DNA of 61,999 nt, the filler included, from Choristocarpus tenellus KU-1152 (Eukaryota; Protista; Phaeophyceae), in the NCBI GenBank assembly GCA_964200185.2. It is 11 parts of 11 records of this genome, joined end to end, with 100 filler letters (N's around TTAATTAATTAA, not from the genome) between each part and the next. Parts side by side here need not be neighbours in the genome. Positions count along the whole stretch, not along the records: positions 1 to 5,962 come from CAXNAD020009305.1; positions 6,063 to 9,419 come from CAXNAD020020570.1; positions 9,520 to 13,761 come from CAXNAD020015519.1; 8 more parts are not named here. One strand, 5' to 3'. The notes beneath the pieces are model-generated. The model saw nothing but the letters and a program-made list of their open reading frames with translations. It was not told the origin of the DNA and made no database searches. Of the stretch, positions 1 through 13,000 are shown piece by piece. Each line of letters starts with the position of its first letter. Position 1 is the first letter of the stretch. The translations under genes and the position numbers were made by a program.

Positions 1-371
1 CCTCATCAGCTATGATGGGTTGTTTAATGGACATACGATGGATGTTCCCCCCACCCCACCCCCCCAAGGACCCCCATAAACGACCCCGAAACCCTCCTCA
101 TCGAGACAAAACAAAAGCCAAAAGACCGTAAACACAGAACAAGGACACATCACCATCCATCCAACAAGCAAACCCAAGAGCAACACATTTCGCAAGCCCA
201 CACCATCAAAAACACCCAGGCATATTCACGCAATGAAGAAACAAAAAAAAAAGAACAGCGATTTTGGCAATAGAATCATCTTCCTCCTGAACATCCCTTC
301 CACCGGAGGGACCAACCGCAAACAAGCACTGGCATTGCCACACAACCCTAAGAGCCATATATCCTCCTTCA

Positions 372-1013
372 CTACAGGCCATAACCCCCATCTGGTCCAA
401 GGACTGTTCGAAGCTGAACGGCAACAGGATGTGATGGGCCATAAACTCGTTCAACCGTGGCCAGCGCCCGTTCCAGCAGACCCCTTGCCTCCCTGTTTCG
501 GCCCTGTTCCAAGCATGAAACATAACACACACACACACACACACGCACACGCTTGCATTCATTATCAAGTAACACCTACATACAATACAACGCAATGTAA
601 AAAATGGGATGTACACTATACCAACTGTCTATATTCACGCACACACACAAATAGTGGTCTTAAATTCCAACACTATACCAACTGTCTATTCCACATCCGT
701 GTGCACACACACAAGGGTTAGGGTTAGGGTTACCACACACAAGTGCATTGCACGCACAATTCTTTTTCAGTGGTGACTTTGCCACCAACATCAATCAAAC
801 ACAGAAAACTTCTGAGGAACCTAACATCATCCCCCTCAGAAACCACTCACCATTGACCGTCAACAAAGAACATTTTAGGTGTGATATCACCCGCCGGATC
901 TGAGACCCGTAAGAACCTTTTTTGCTGAAAGGACCCCACCGTCGGACACAACCGGTGATTCTGAACACCCCCCCCCCCCCCCCCCCCCCCCCCAAAACCA
1001 CAAAAACCAACAC

Positions 1014-1044
<31 letters not shown>

Positions 1045-4000
1045 ATCNNNNNCCCCCCCCCCGGGCACACCCGGTGTTTCGCCCCCCCCCCCCCCCCCCC
1101 CCCCTAAAAAAACAACATACACACATACGCACAAATATATATATATAGAAACATATGAAACAAACCTGATCATTCAGGAGGGCAGCAAGGTGGCTCAGGA
1201 CTGCGGCCACATCAGGGTGGTCCGGGCCCAATGCAGACTCGAGCTCATCAATGCCCTGACGGAACAAGGGCTCTGCTTCATCCACATTTCCTGACAAAAT
1301 ATAGAATGAAATGAGAACGGAGCTACTTTTTTTTTAACACCATAATAATAATAATAATAATAATACGTTCATGAAGTTACTCTTGAAATTTTCAAAACCT
1401 TTCCTGCCTTCAGATACAACATCAAAAGCAATGTCATGCAATATTCTTTGAACATCTTGATAGAGGAGAGGTGTGTACTGACATCTCTCTGGCAATAGCA
1501 GTACATTTATGTCAATTAATTACATTGCTGAAAAATTAAAAAAATCGACAACAACATAAGAGGTTTCAAAATGAAAGAAAAATATGTTCATTTTTTTTTT
1601 TGGTGGGGGGGGAGGGATATGTCCAAAAGAACGATTAATTATTATTATTTTAATTATTTAATCTTATCCCAACTTTTCAAAAATAAAAATCAAGTCAATT
1701 GTATCTGCTGCATATTCTCAATACACACATGCACACATCGGAGTCAGAGCCTTATTTGAATAATCTACACATACACACTTTATAAGCCCAACCCATACTA
1801 ATATCTCAGCTTCAAGGAAGACACCATACCTTCCCTACCCCCCCCCCAAAAATAAATAAATAAACGAAGACATACACCCTCTCCACAAAGCTTATGTTGA
1901 TACTAACTAACATACAAATCATTCAGCAACACTCACACATTCCATCCACCAGTAACAGTAACCTCAACTTGTTGGTCACTAAAAAAAAAAGAGTCACACG
2001 CCATGAACTCAGCCCAAACTAAGCCCTCCCAAGGTCCTACAAAATCCACTCCAACAAATAATACGCAGTGTTGGAATTACTATACTACTATCACAAACAC
2101 TGCACCCCACAAAAAAATAAATCAACAACGATCACTACACATAGTGTGATACAAATAACTACACATAGTATGATACAGATCACAGTGTGTACACCAATGA
2201 CCCAAGCCCTAACCCTGATAACCTACTTCAACACCAGAAAATGAGATGCATTCAACCTCAGAATCCCTCCTCCCTCCTCCCTCCGCCTTCCCCCCACCCC
2301 CCCCCCCCCCCCACCCCCTTCCCCTTTCCCCCCACCACCCCTTTCCCACCCCAAACAATTCTTTTTTTCTTTTTTCCCTGTCAAACCGTACAAAAAACAT
2401 ATTGCACATTCAACATCTACCCAAGACATACATACATTAATTAAAACATGCGTTACACACACAAACACCTAACCACCTAACACATACATACATAAAACAG
2501 GCATCTAACCAAACCTACAATCACACAACACAAAATCCCTACCAGCATACTCCAATACCCCCCCCCCTGCCAAGATCACACCTTGTGCCCCAAGAAGTGA
2601 AGCCAGGTTAATGATCTGAGCAGCCAGGTCCGGGTGTCCCGCCTCCAGGGTACGCCTTCCAATAGCCACTGCCCTCCTCTGCAAAGGCTCTGCCCCATCC
2701 ACATCACCCTTGTCCCTCACAAGGGTGGCCAGGTTGTTGAGCCACGTGGCCAAATCCGGGTGGTCTGGTCCTAGAGTCTCGTCACCTATCTCAACAGCCC
2801 TGCGATAGAGGGGCTCTGCCTCATCCAGTTTACCTGTTAACACATGATTAACAGAAGGTCACATCAGGAGTGGGTGGTGGTTCTAATAGTTAATATTATA
2901 TATATTAGTTAATATTATACATGTATAGGTTATGTATCTGTGTGTGTTTGTATGCGTACATGGCTCAATCCTGTTGATATCTCTATGACTGATCCCTTCA
3001 CATTTACCCAGTCTGGTAGAAATCATACAAAGCCCTGAAAAATTCCTGAATAGAATCAATATATGAAATGATTATTACTAGTAGAGAGGAACAAGACATC
3101 TATCCCTTTTTCATCCTTGAAAAAAAAAAGAAGCACAGAAAACAGATAAAAATAACCCAAGAAGGAAAGGACAGAAGAAAAAAAAAAAACACTGCATTTT
3201 TTTTTACATAATAATAATAATAATAATAATCTATGAACAGAAAAAATACATCGCAATAGCGATTAAAACAAATAAAAAACAAAAAAAAAAAAAACGCACG
3301 TTCAATGCACAGTAAATCTACGACAGAAAAAAAAAAATGTACGTTCAATGCACAACTCCAGCAGTCAAGCACCTTGACATCGAAGAAGGCCTGCCAGGTT
3401 ACTGAGACCCGTGGCGACATTGGGGTGGGAGGATCCATAAGCAGACCGCCCAATATCTAGGGCCCGACTAAAGAGGTCTTCTGCCTCCTCCAGCTCTCCC
3501 CTCGCCTGCACCTGCACCACAACAGGAATTCAAAACCAATACCCATGGTTTTGAAGGGGGGAGGGGGGGGGGGGGGAATAGAGCCAGCAGAAGAGAAAAA
3601 AGATGGGGTTGGAGTTGTAGACGGACTGGTGCAGGAGGCATGTGGTAGAAAAAAAAAGGCGAAGGTGGTTTGAATTAGGGTTAGGGATAGTTATTACACC
3701 TGTCCCGAATACCGCCATACCAACTATTCATTAACCCTAACCCTAATGTAGAACCATTGGGTTTTTTATTGCTGTTGTGTGGGCTGGCTGCGTGTAGCAC
3801 TCCGTAGCGCTACAGAAGACTGAGGACAACTCATAGAGTAAGTTATCAAAGGGACACACACAACACTACAGAAAGAGAGAGAGAGAGAGAGGAGAACAAA
3901 ACATGATCGTTGTCGGAAGCTTCAGGGACAGTCAGTCACTACACACAAGTACAACAGTCAACCCACTAAACAATCAAATTCGACCTAAGTACAACAAATC

Positions 4001-5002
4001 AACCCACCAACCCATCAAATCCAACCCCCAAGTACAACAATCAACCCACCAACCAATCAAATCCAACCCCCAAGTACAACAATCAACCCACCAACCAATC
4101 AATTTCAACCCAACAACCAACTATTCCTGCAGATGAAGGAAATTCTTTTCTTGTGTCATTAAATTAGACATTAAACTAGACATTAAATTAGACATTTCCG
4201 TGAGCCGACCAGCGATTAGGTATCACGTAGGCAAACAAGCGCTTCCTTGCATATACCATTCAATCATCCTTCACTTCACTTCAAATACATCTCTCCTCCA
4301 TCATTGACCAGGATAAATAAATAAATATACATATATACATACATATATTTATATAGTCTCTCCAATTTATAGAAACGAGTGACAAAATAAAAAAATAATA
4401 AGAAAAAAAAATATATTATATATTTCTCAACAGATTTTTTAAAAAAAGAAAAAGGATACGAACGCAAAATTAAAAACTGTTCCTTTATATATATATATAT
4501 ACTTTTTTAAGTGCTGGAAAACATTTTACGACCAGTAACACACGCATCAAAAATAAAACGTAACTAACTACCGGTAACGGATCTTAAAAACCAAACAGCA
4601 AAAAAAAAATAGTAAGAAATAATACCGAGGCGAGATCGTTTCAAAAATAAGAATAATACTACACATGCGTACATATATACACATATACAAATAAATAAAA
4701 ACATACATATATAAAAAATATACATACAAATTCTTTGTAGAGTGTAACACATCTAACCTATACCTGTGTTGCCAGATTGTTGAGGCAAGTAGCCACCTTA
4801 GGGTGCTGTGGTCCATATACCGACTCAGAGATATCTAACGCCCTTCGACAAAGTGGTTCAGCCTCAGAGTCCCTCTTCTGTGCATGCAACAGTGCAGACA
4901 GGTTGTTCAGGCAGGTCGCCAGCTCCGGGTGGGCCGGGCCATAGGCACTCTCCACAATGGACAAAGCACGCCTCCCAAGTTCTTGGGCCTCTGTGGGCTT
5001 CC
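372..5002 (-). CDS. TPR-array protein (42-aa kinesin-light-chain/NB-ARC-TPR type repeats), 3' part; exons 5002-4764, 3511-3373, 2833-2582, 1290-1166, 503-372(stop)
   Basis: Five exons with AG/GT boundaries and compatible phases (1,0,1,1,0) splice into about 7 in-register repeats, e.g. GKLDEAEPLYRRAVEIGDETLGPDHPDLATWLNNLATLVRDK. TAG at 374-372. The 5' part is not identified in this contig. Confidence 0.88.
3946..4110. repeat. 42-bp tandem repeat, about 4 copies (intronic)
   Basis: Unit CAAGTACAACAATCAACCCACCAACCAATCAAATCCAACCCC; first copy more diverged. Confidence 0.8.
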
Positions 5003-5638
5003 CTGCATTTATCATCATTTGCATATATATATATTTATATTAATAGGTCTTTTTTATTTCAAATATATATATATCTAGAGAGAGATTCACATACATTCAC
5101 ACGTTCAAAGTAACCATCATGGAAGGCGTTTGCATCTCAACAGATTAAAGTTTTTTTTCTTGATCCGAATTCGTTTTTTTTTTAAATTAATCACAAAATA
5201 AAAAATAAGATTGGTTTGATTTAAAAAAAAGAAGAAAGGGTGCCGATCGAGGACCTACGTCTTTTTCTTTTTCTTCTGCACACCGAAATAAAAATAAAAA
5301 TACACGTATATTTCACATACATATATTTCATTCCACAACCACCGCAGAGTGCTCCCCCCCCCCAAAATAAATAAATCATTTCCTGGCAGGAGAAGTCAGA
5401 GGAGTCAAGTCCGTGAAAATCGGCAGCAGCCCTAACCCTATTGATTTCTATTGTCAGAAACTTGAAAGAAGTAATTCCACTCTCATTGCAGATCAAAAAA
5501 TGCACAGGTACTTCAGCTATACTATTAATACTAACATACTACCATACTACCCTAACCCTAATACTACCATCATTGCATTAAGTGGAGGTAGTATTCGAGC
5601 CGGCATTACCTAGAGATAATAAAACCTGCAAGCAATTT

Positions 5639-5742
5639 AGTGTTGAAATAGGAGGGAAACATCACCTTGGTGTTGAAATAGGAGGGAAACATCACCTTAG
5701 TGTTGAAATAGGAGGGAAACATCACCTTGGTGTTGAAATAGG
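5639..5742. repeat. 30-bp tandem repeat, about 3.5 copies
   Basis: Unit TGTTGAAATAGGAGGGAAACATCACCTTRG, head-to-tail with no spacers. Confidence 0.9.
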
Positions 5743-5931
5743 TGATTACACTGTCGAATATCATGTACCTAACAACAGCAAATCTTTTTCTTTTTCTTTT
5801 TTAAATACTAGGTGAGAAAAAAAAAGTAACGCGATAAATCAATTAAATAATCAATCAATAAACCCCAATCAATCAAAATAGCGACGGTAACCCCAAGCAT
5901 CAAAATATCAATCCCCCCCCCCCCCCCCCCC

Positions 5932-5962
<31 letters not shown>

Positions 5963-6062
5963 NNNNNNNNNNNNNNNNNNNNNNNNNNNNNNNNNNNNNN
6001 NNNNNNTTAATTAATTAANNNNNNNNNNNNNNNNNNNNNNNNNNNNNNNNNNNNNNNNNNNN
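5963..6062. other. Artificial contig linker (also 9420-9519, 13762-13861, 24034-24133, 28152-28251, 35966-36065, 46332-46431, 50539-50638, 54151-54250, 57128-57227)
   Basis: Identical 44N + TTAATTAATTAA (stop in all six frames) + 44N at ten positions. Confidence 0.97.
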
Positions 6063-7454
6063 GCAAGGGTTTCCGTAGATGGTTTTAACTCTGATTATAT
6101 TACATCCAAGCGTGCGTCAGGTGCACTCTGAGGGGGCAATGACAACCGATGAAAAAATAATAACCAAAAATTAATTTGCATCTGGGTTCTTCTGCTGACA
6201 AAAAGAAGAAAATAGATGACAGACAACAACAAAGAAAAAACAGAAAGGTAACAGAGGAACGCGCTTGGAACAAGATCCGAAGTAACTTGGATGACGCTTG
6301 CTATGATGTTCCTGTGTGTGATGTGTATCAACTGATGCTATACTTCTATCTACTGTTATCGATGTGATGATGAGTTGAGATGCACAATAAACAAATGAAC
6401 AATAACATCCAGTGGCATATCAAGAAGAAACAAATGAGTAGCCTATGTTTTAACACTATGATGTTTGACCGGACTCCGCCAGAAGCCATCCACGACGATT
6501 TCGAGATAATTTTACTCTACAATGGCCATTACTAGGATCAGTTTTGAAAGCCAGTCACCTGTGCTCTATGTAGTGTGTGCTGTACATGTAACGTTGGACT
6601 CCATTTGCTCTGTAACTGCTGCTGTTGTTTAGAACAAGGTTTACCCCAAATGTCCGTTGTCAGGCTAACATTTGGCACCCTTTGCTCTGTTAAACTGACG
6701 TCTGTCCAGCAATCGTTTGATATCATTTGCTCTATAATGTCTGTTGTCCAGCAGAACAACTGTTGCTTCCGTTTTGCTCAATCACTGTTCCACGAGAGGC
6801 CCACTTACGTACCATAGGTAGTAAAAGTTCTTCCAGACATGTCTGAGACTTGTCTGATCGTTTTTTATAAAGCAAAGAGAGCAAAAAAAGAACAAAAAAA
6901 TAGTATTGCAAAAAGTAGAAATACACAACCAGTTGTACCTGATCAAAATAACGTTTCTCTTGTCCAGCACTCAAGGCTAGCCTGCATCTAATGTAGTTGT
7001 GAAAAGCAACGTCCACGCCCATTTGCTTTGTGATGTCTGTTGTCTTACACCCCACTTGGCGCTATTTACTCCGTAACATCTGTTGTCGAGGTTGACAGGG
7101 CGAAAAATCATTCGCTGCATCCATTGTTTGATAAGCGCTCCTTTCAGTTTGGTTTATAATACCCATTGTCCAGGATGACTCTCGTGGATAGTTGGTTTAC
7201 AGTATTTTATTTTAAGGACAGCCCTTTGCCAACGAATAATCTTACAGCGTCAAGTTCCGCTATTATGAGGGGGTTACATTTTCCAAGGTACATATTAGTT
7301 CGATGCATGATACAATGATGCTAGGATATTTGGCGCACATTGCAATGGAGGAAAAAAGAATATCCAAGAGCCTCAGACCCGTCAGAAAGGCAACAAAAAA
7401 AGTATTTTGAGCGCAGAGTTGGTTGTTGAAACCTCAGAGTAAGGTTTCTATATG

Positions 7455-7515
7455 TTTTTATTATTATGCCCTCTGACATTTTGGAGATGTGTCAGGGGAA
7501 AAGCCAATGCAAAAC
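7455..7515. repeat. Dispersed ~60-bp hairpin repeat (family C), copy 1; reverse-orientation copies at 22826-22884 and 23264-23326
   Basis: TTTTATTATTATRCCCTCTGACA..TGTCAGGGGAAAA.CCAATG.AAAC found three times in two contigs; internal stem CTGACA/TGTCAG. Confidence 0.7.
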
Positions 7516-7859
7516 CATCCAAATGTCTGGTAGTAAAATAGTAAATAGAAGATGATAGAAAAATGTCTTTCACATTTACGGCAACTGTTAATCTTTTAGG
7601 GGTCTGACGTTTCAATGGTTTTTCATTGGTTTTCCATATATTGTTTGTTCTTATCTGTTGAGTTCCGCAAGATGGAAATGAAATGGAATTCTCTCATGTA
7701 CACTGTAGTTCATCACTGGTGTGGATTTGTTGAAGTGAGGCCTAATCTCACCAGGTGTTGCTGTCGTGTGTGCATGCTGTTGTTGTTCTGAGGTTGATAT
7801 TGTAGAACACTATGTTATTGTCCTAGTGTACCAACCCCACTCTGTAGTGGCGGTGACTG

Positions 7860-8655
7860 GTGCATCAGAATGTATGTCATGGCGATTTACCAGGAGATGG
7901 ATGCTAAAGTAGAAGTGTAAAGGTACAAGGCCAGGTTGGTTGTCCAGGGTTTCAGGCAGAGGAAGGGGGAGGTCTACTTCGAGTCATTTTCACCAACACC
8001 TACACATACTTCTCTTCACATGTTACTTGCACTAGCAGTGAAGATGAATTATGTGTTGATCCACAGCGATAGGAAGGAGGCTTTTACACAGGCTGACTTG
8101 AAGGAAACCATACTTGTGGAACTTCCTGAAGGAAAGGCGAAGTTTGATGGAGCAGTGGACCTAGTGAAGAAGTCGCTGTATGGATAGTCCAGGTTCCTCC
8201 GAACTGGAATTTTCTGCTGGTGGAAGATTTGGTGGAACTGGGATTGGAACAATCTGGGGCAGATCCATGTCTATTCAGAATAACTGTGGATGGTGAGTTT
8301 GTGATGATCATGATTGTTCATGTGGATGATATGCTAATGGCTGAGGAATCAGAGGCTGGTTATGTTGTGCGTATTGTTGAGGGACTTAATAAGAAGTTCC
8401 CGGTGGTGAATTTGGGTGAGGTAACCAAATTTATGGGATGCAGAATCAGGAGGAACAGGAAAACTGGGACACTTGTGGTGGATCAGAGCTTGTACATCAG
8501 AGAGCTGGCGGATAGGCATGGTATTGGCACGACTTGCGGGCTACCGTCCATCCCAAAGATTGTGGAGCAGGAGGGACCCGTTCCAGAGGACTAAAGATCT
8601 ATGATTGGTGGTATACAATGGACTGCTATCATGACTAGACCTGACGTGTGTTTTG
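7860..8655 (+). pseudogene. Ty1/Copia LTR-retrotransposon reverse transcriptase (RVT_2) relic
   Basis: YKARLVVQGFRQ, KKSLYG, DPCLF, VHVDDML, LG..TKFMG, TRPDVCF motifs with in-frame stops and a frameshift; similarity ends at the MITE at 8656. Confidence 0.9.
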
Positions 8656-8913
8656 GAGTGAAAGTATCTTAGAGGGTACGAGTTTTGTTCTGTTTGTCCA
8701 TTTGGGGCTTGGCTTCCCTTGGGGTTTTTATGACAATTTACTACTCCGAAATATTTCAGAGTAGGTATATATATACGTTATGAAAGTTATGTCCGGAACA
8801 AGGATATTAACCCTAACCCTAACAAACACGATGGCCAAAATTAAATCGAAATCACAACATTGGATTTTGGCCCCCAAATGGACGTGACTCTACCCTCTAT
8901 GATACTTTGACTC
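8656..8913. mobile_element. MITE family A, copy A1 (~258 bp)
   Basis: Terminal inverted repeats (TIRs) GAGTGAAAGTATCTTAGAGGGTA ... TACCCTCTATGATACTTTGACTC; colinear with five other full copies; flanks TTTG/TTTA. Confidence 0.88.
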
Positions 8914-9352
8914 TTTATGTTATTTTGGGTGGAAGTATTTTGAGGATATTGCACTTGAGAGGCAACACATCACCAGTGGATAGGTAATTAGAATATGCTT
9001 GATTGCATGACTTACTGCTTCAGCAACATACTTTCTTTGCCACACAATATTAACACAGCAAGTACTTCTCAGATGGAGAAAAATTTCATTCATTTCCAGC
9101 AAGAATGCTGTTTTTCCTGATGGCAATAAGTTCAAAGAAGCACGTTGCATGTTGGGGAGGCAAGTGTTCTTTTATTTTTTCCTTCCAAACCACTTTATTC
9201 AGAGGGTCGCTCTCAAGCAGAGCTCTGTTTCGAATATTAATGGATTTAACAATGAGTAGAAGGCATGATTTCTTTCAGAGTGTAATTTTCGGTTTGAGTA
9301 TAGTTTAGTTTAAACATTATAATTTAGTGTAGACAATCCCAGGTGTACACAA

Positions 9353-9419
9353 GACTAAAGTATCTGGGGGGGGGGGGTCTACACCAGAGTGTCCATTTGG
9401 ACCAAAAACAGGAAAAGTG
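9353..9419. mobile_element. MITE family B, fragment at contig end
   Basis: GACTAAAGTATCTGGGGG..TCTACACCAGAGTGTCCATTTGG matches the start of the 58585 copy. Confidence 0.8.
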
Positions 9420-9519
9420 NNNNNNNNNNNNNNNNNNNNNNNNNNNNNNNNNNNNNNNNNNNNTTAATTAATTAANNNNNNNNNNNNNNNNNNNNNNNNN
9501 NNNNNNNNNNNNNNNNNNN

Positions 9520-9570
9520 CACAAATGGACAAACAGGGAAAAATTCGTACCCTCTAAGATAGTTTCACTC
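9520..9570. mobile_element. MITE family A, terminal fragment at contig start
   Basis: CAAATGGACAAACAGGGAAAAATTCGTACCCTCTAAGATAGTTTCACTC is a family A end. Confidence 0.85.
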
Positions 9571-10050
9571 GTTAAAAAAAATGTGAAGCTTCGTACGAAG
9601 TACTATTTTTTTCGTTTGTTATATCGAGACTACAATGATGATGATGATACTCTTCGTCGCTTTTACGGAGGAAGGCACAGTAACTGTTATTTCACCACTG
9701 TGTACACTTACTCTCTGGCCCCGGGCCCGGTCTGACCTTGGTAGTAAAAGTGTGTACTTCGTATCTCTCAAGCGCTTCGCGATGATGATGATGATGATGG
9801 TAGATTCGCTTCCTTTACTGTTTCTGCAAACGGCAGCGAGGCCCGAACAGAATGACGCTCTTGGCAGATTTACGAAGATCATTGTATTTGCTCTTTTATT
9901 ACGCACGATGTAAGCTTGCTTGATCCTGTCTTCCGTGTTGTCAGTCAAGTTATTGGTCAGCCTGCCTTCGAGAGATCATGCAGTGATGTTCTTCGAGTGT
10001 TCCTTCTCAATAACTCCTCACGTGCCCACACAACCAACATTATTCATTAG

Positions 10051-13000
10051 GAGCTATACAAGGATTTTGCAAAGAGGCAATACGGGTGTATCCTGATGAC
10101 ACTTCCAAGCGGGTAAGCAAGGCGCACTTCCTCCGATTGCTCAGAGAGGACAGGCCCAACATCAGGGTGAAGGTAGGAGGCGAATTTATGAAATGTGACA
10201 TATGTGTCACGTTAAATGAGAAGCGGCACGGTGCACCTGGTGTAAAACCCACGAACGACTCCACCGTCCTCGAGGCCATCGACAAGGAGCTGTCAGACCA
10301 TCGAAAGGTAGGTGTCCAGCGTTAATTTTTCGACAATCATACAGTGGCAATATGTCACCGTCATTGCCCTCCATTGGGAACAACATTTGTTGCCTTTTGC
10401 GAATGAAGACTCCGATGCAGGTGCTTATGGCAGCGGCAGCAGCCTCACTCAGCGCAAAACTGTTCTTATTAGTTGCCCAAACACCTTGTATGATAGACTG
10501 TTTCCTGGTCGTCTACAATGGGCTGTTGGAGGGACAGGTCATGTAGCGGTCTTCCGGCCCCGTACGTACGTCCTTGCTCCCGTCCCGATAATACTGACTT
10601 TGCCTTGAATACAGCAATAAAACCAGGAGCAAAGACATATATTGTTACCTACACTCGATTTTTGTCACGTACCTGGTACGTGTTAACAAGTGGCCATTTT
10701 TTTACACCTCTAAGCAGATTTATTTGATTTACTGACGTGATGTTGCTCTCTCCCATTCGCCAGATTATCCAAGCGGATCGGCTGGTCATTGCCAACAACA
10801 CCAGCAGCGCCATGTGGGCCAAAGCCGACGGTAAACCTCTCGGCTTCGTGTTCATGTCCGTAGACGCGGCGAACCAGACATCCCACGCCCTCCCAGCACT
10901 TTACCCACCTACCCACGGCAGTGACAGGTAACCACACGCACACATAGTCCATTTGTCAACAAGTTTGCAGTCGCACGCAGAGCAGAATAGACCACCCTTT
11001 TTTATTCAACGAATGAGTGCAAAGTCCCAAGAAATAACCGCCAAAACAGACGCACATAATTCCACTACCTATTCCGTTCATCATGATGATGACACACCGT
11101 AACACCTTTCTTTACACGTTTCTTTGGTTCATGTCCTTGTTATCAGGGACTACTCCGAGCGCCAGAAGATCATGGCCGCAAACGTCGAAGGCCAGTTCGT
11201 GGAGGTGTTCTTCACTCCTCAAAATCTTGGAGGAGGTACGTATTGTGGGTTGTGGCTCAACAATCACACGACCGAATAAATGCTGGTTGCACACACACCA
11301 CTTGATTTAACGTCATGGTGAGGGTACCTGCCGCAGGTTAGATACCCGAGGACGAGTACATCCTTGCACGATTTGCCTACAGATACCGCAGGCCTGGCGA
11401 ACAATCGATTAACTGATGATGCGCTGTGCTCCCCTGCCCTCATACGCCTCAGCTTCAGAAGGGAGAGAGGAACGTAAAAGCTAATCAAGGAGGCAGGAAA
11501 CCGACAGACATGTATATCAGCCAGTCGGCTGTATGTGCTCTACATCGCAAAAACACATTCCATTACCCCTCTTTTTAGCTCCAAGTAAACAATGCGTAAG
11601 TAAGCAGAGTACTATTTGCCAACTAACGACAGATATCATCGTTCGCGCAGGTTGTAACCTTGTCTGCACAGCCACCCACCTTGCCCTCACAAGGCTTATC
11701 GACAAGTACCACAACAGCCTTGATCACACGGGGGGTTGCATCATCCAGCACGCGCATTGGCAGGTAAGAAAGTTTCATCTTGACACGACCTACTCAACAT
11801 ATACTCGCCGAATACCGGCCACCAAGTAACTAACTGCACGGTGTTTAGTTTTGGTTTGTGGGTTGCAACCTGCATGTATGATGGCGGTGATGTAGAGCTT
11901 GCGCTCTAGCACTACTGGAAACATGCCCTGTTTCTCCACGAAACGTGGTGAAATGGGCTGACATATCGGCCTCACGCCTACCCCTCCCTCGCTCCCAACT
12001 TCCCAAACTGGCCAGGTCGACAACTGCGTCTCAGAGATCAAGAACAATTTCTTTCTCGGATATGCGGGGCTGTTGGTCACGGCGAGTGTCATTTGTGTGG
12101 TCGAGATACATTTTATGATGGTGGGGCACACGCACATCAGCATCGATCAGATCTTCTCCAGGTAATTAGGCAAGATATATAAATGCGATTGCCACATGGT
12201 GTTTTTACACGGACAGATACTGCTTGAGGCTTGCAGTTCATGCTTGTTGCGTCTCTGGAAGGTTTATGGTCATACACTGCAATTGATTGATTGACTTTTG
12301 ATTTCCCCACAACAAAATAGCACGGGAAGAGAAGTCGCCAAAACTGTGTTGTAACCTAGTCTCGAAACAAAACAAAATAATATTGTACGCATCACCCCTT
12401 TTATATTTATACTTCCATATACATGCATCAGAGAATGTGTCTGCATATATATCTTGCTTCTCCACTTCGTTTCTTTCACCCCCGTCTAAAAATTAACTTG
12501 CTTGCATTTCACCTTCAGATTCTAACGTGGTATAAAAGGCAAGAACATATTCACAAGAACACAGCTGGGTGAAGAGCTGCAGGCCTCTTACACGGAGGTT
12601 CCAGTCTACTGCAAGACCCTACGGAATGAGGGCAACTTCAAGGGACTCCTTCGTCAACTGTGTTCCCAACATCACGAGCTACAGGACTTTTCGCATTGAA
12701 AAAGGCGGTGATGGGCGGGTTAAGGTTAGCGTAAAGCAATACATGCACAGCACCGCATGGAGTGGGATAGGCGCCAACGTTGCTATCGACCCCAACGCCT
12801 CTCCGCACGACCTCTTCATCGGCCACCCGCCTCGTCTCCAAGATGTACCACCCTACCGGTTCCCGAAGACATCATCCTGAAGGTGGAGCAGCGGTACCAG
12901 ACGTCGCATGAGCGCCTTGCTGCTGCGTACCCACTGGGTAAGTGGAACATTTCGTGAGGGGAGTTGATGGCCAATTTTTGTATTCGGTGGCAGCCAAAAA

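Noticed and set aside
890-960. Possible extra exon in the TPR gene
   Set aside because: No TPR similarity, and exons 1290-1166 and 503-372 already join in phase and in repeat register.
795-2468. Poly-G/P/F/K ORFs (also 54533-54787, 55285-55661, 56989-57183)
   Set aside because: Translations of homopolymer or microsatellite tracts and N gaps in introns.
5639-5742. CRISPR-like 30-bp repeat (contains TTGAAA)
   Set aside because: Units are head-to-tail with no unique spacers, there are no cas genes, and the context is eukaryotic. The same applies to the 42-bp and 77-bp arrays.
9520-9570. Family-A TIR as the left end of the adjacent transposase element
   Set aside because: The terminus faces the wrong way: the MITE body runs off the contig and the transposase lies outside it, so proximity is not evidence of linkage.
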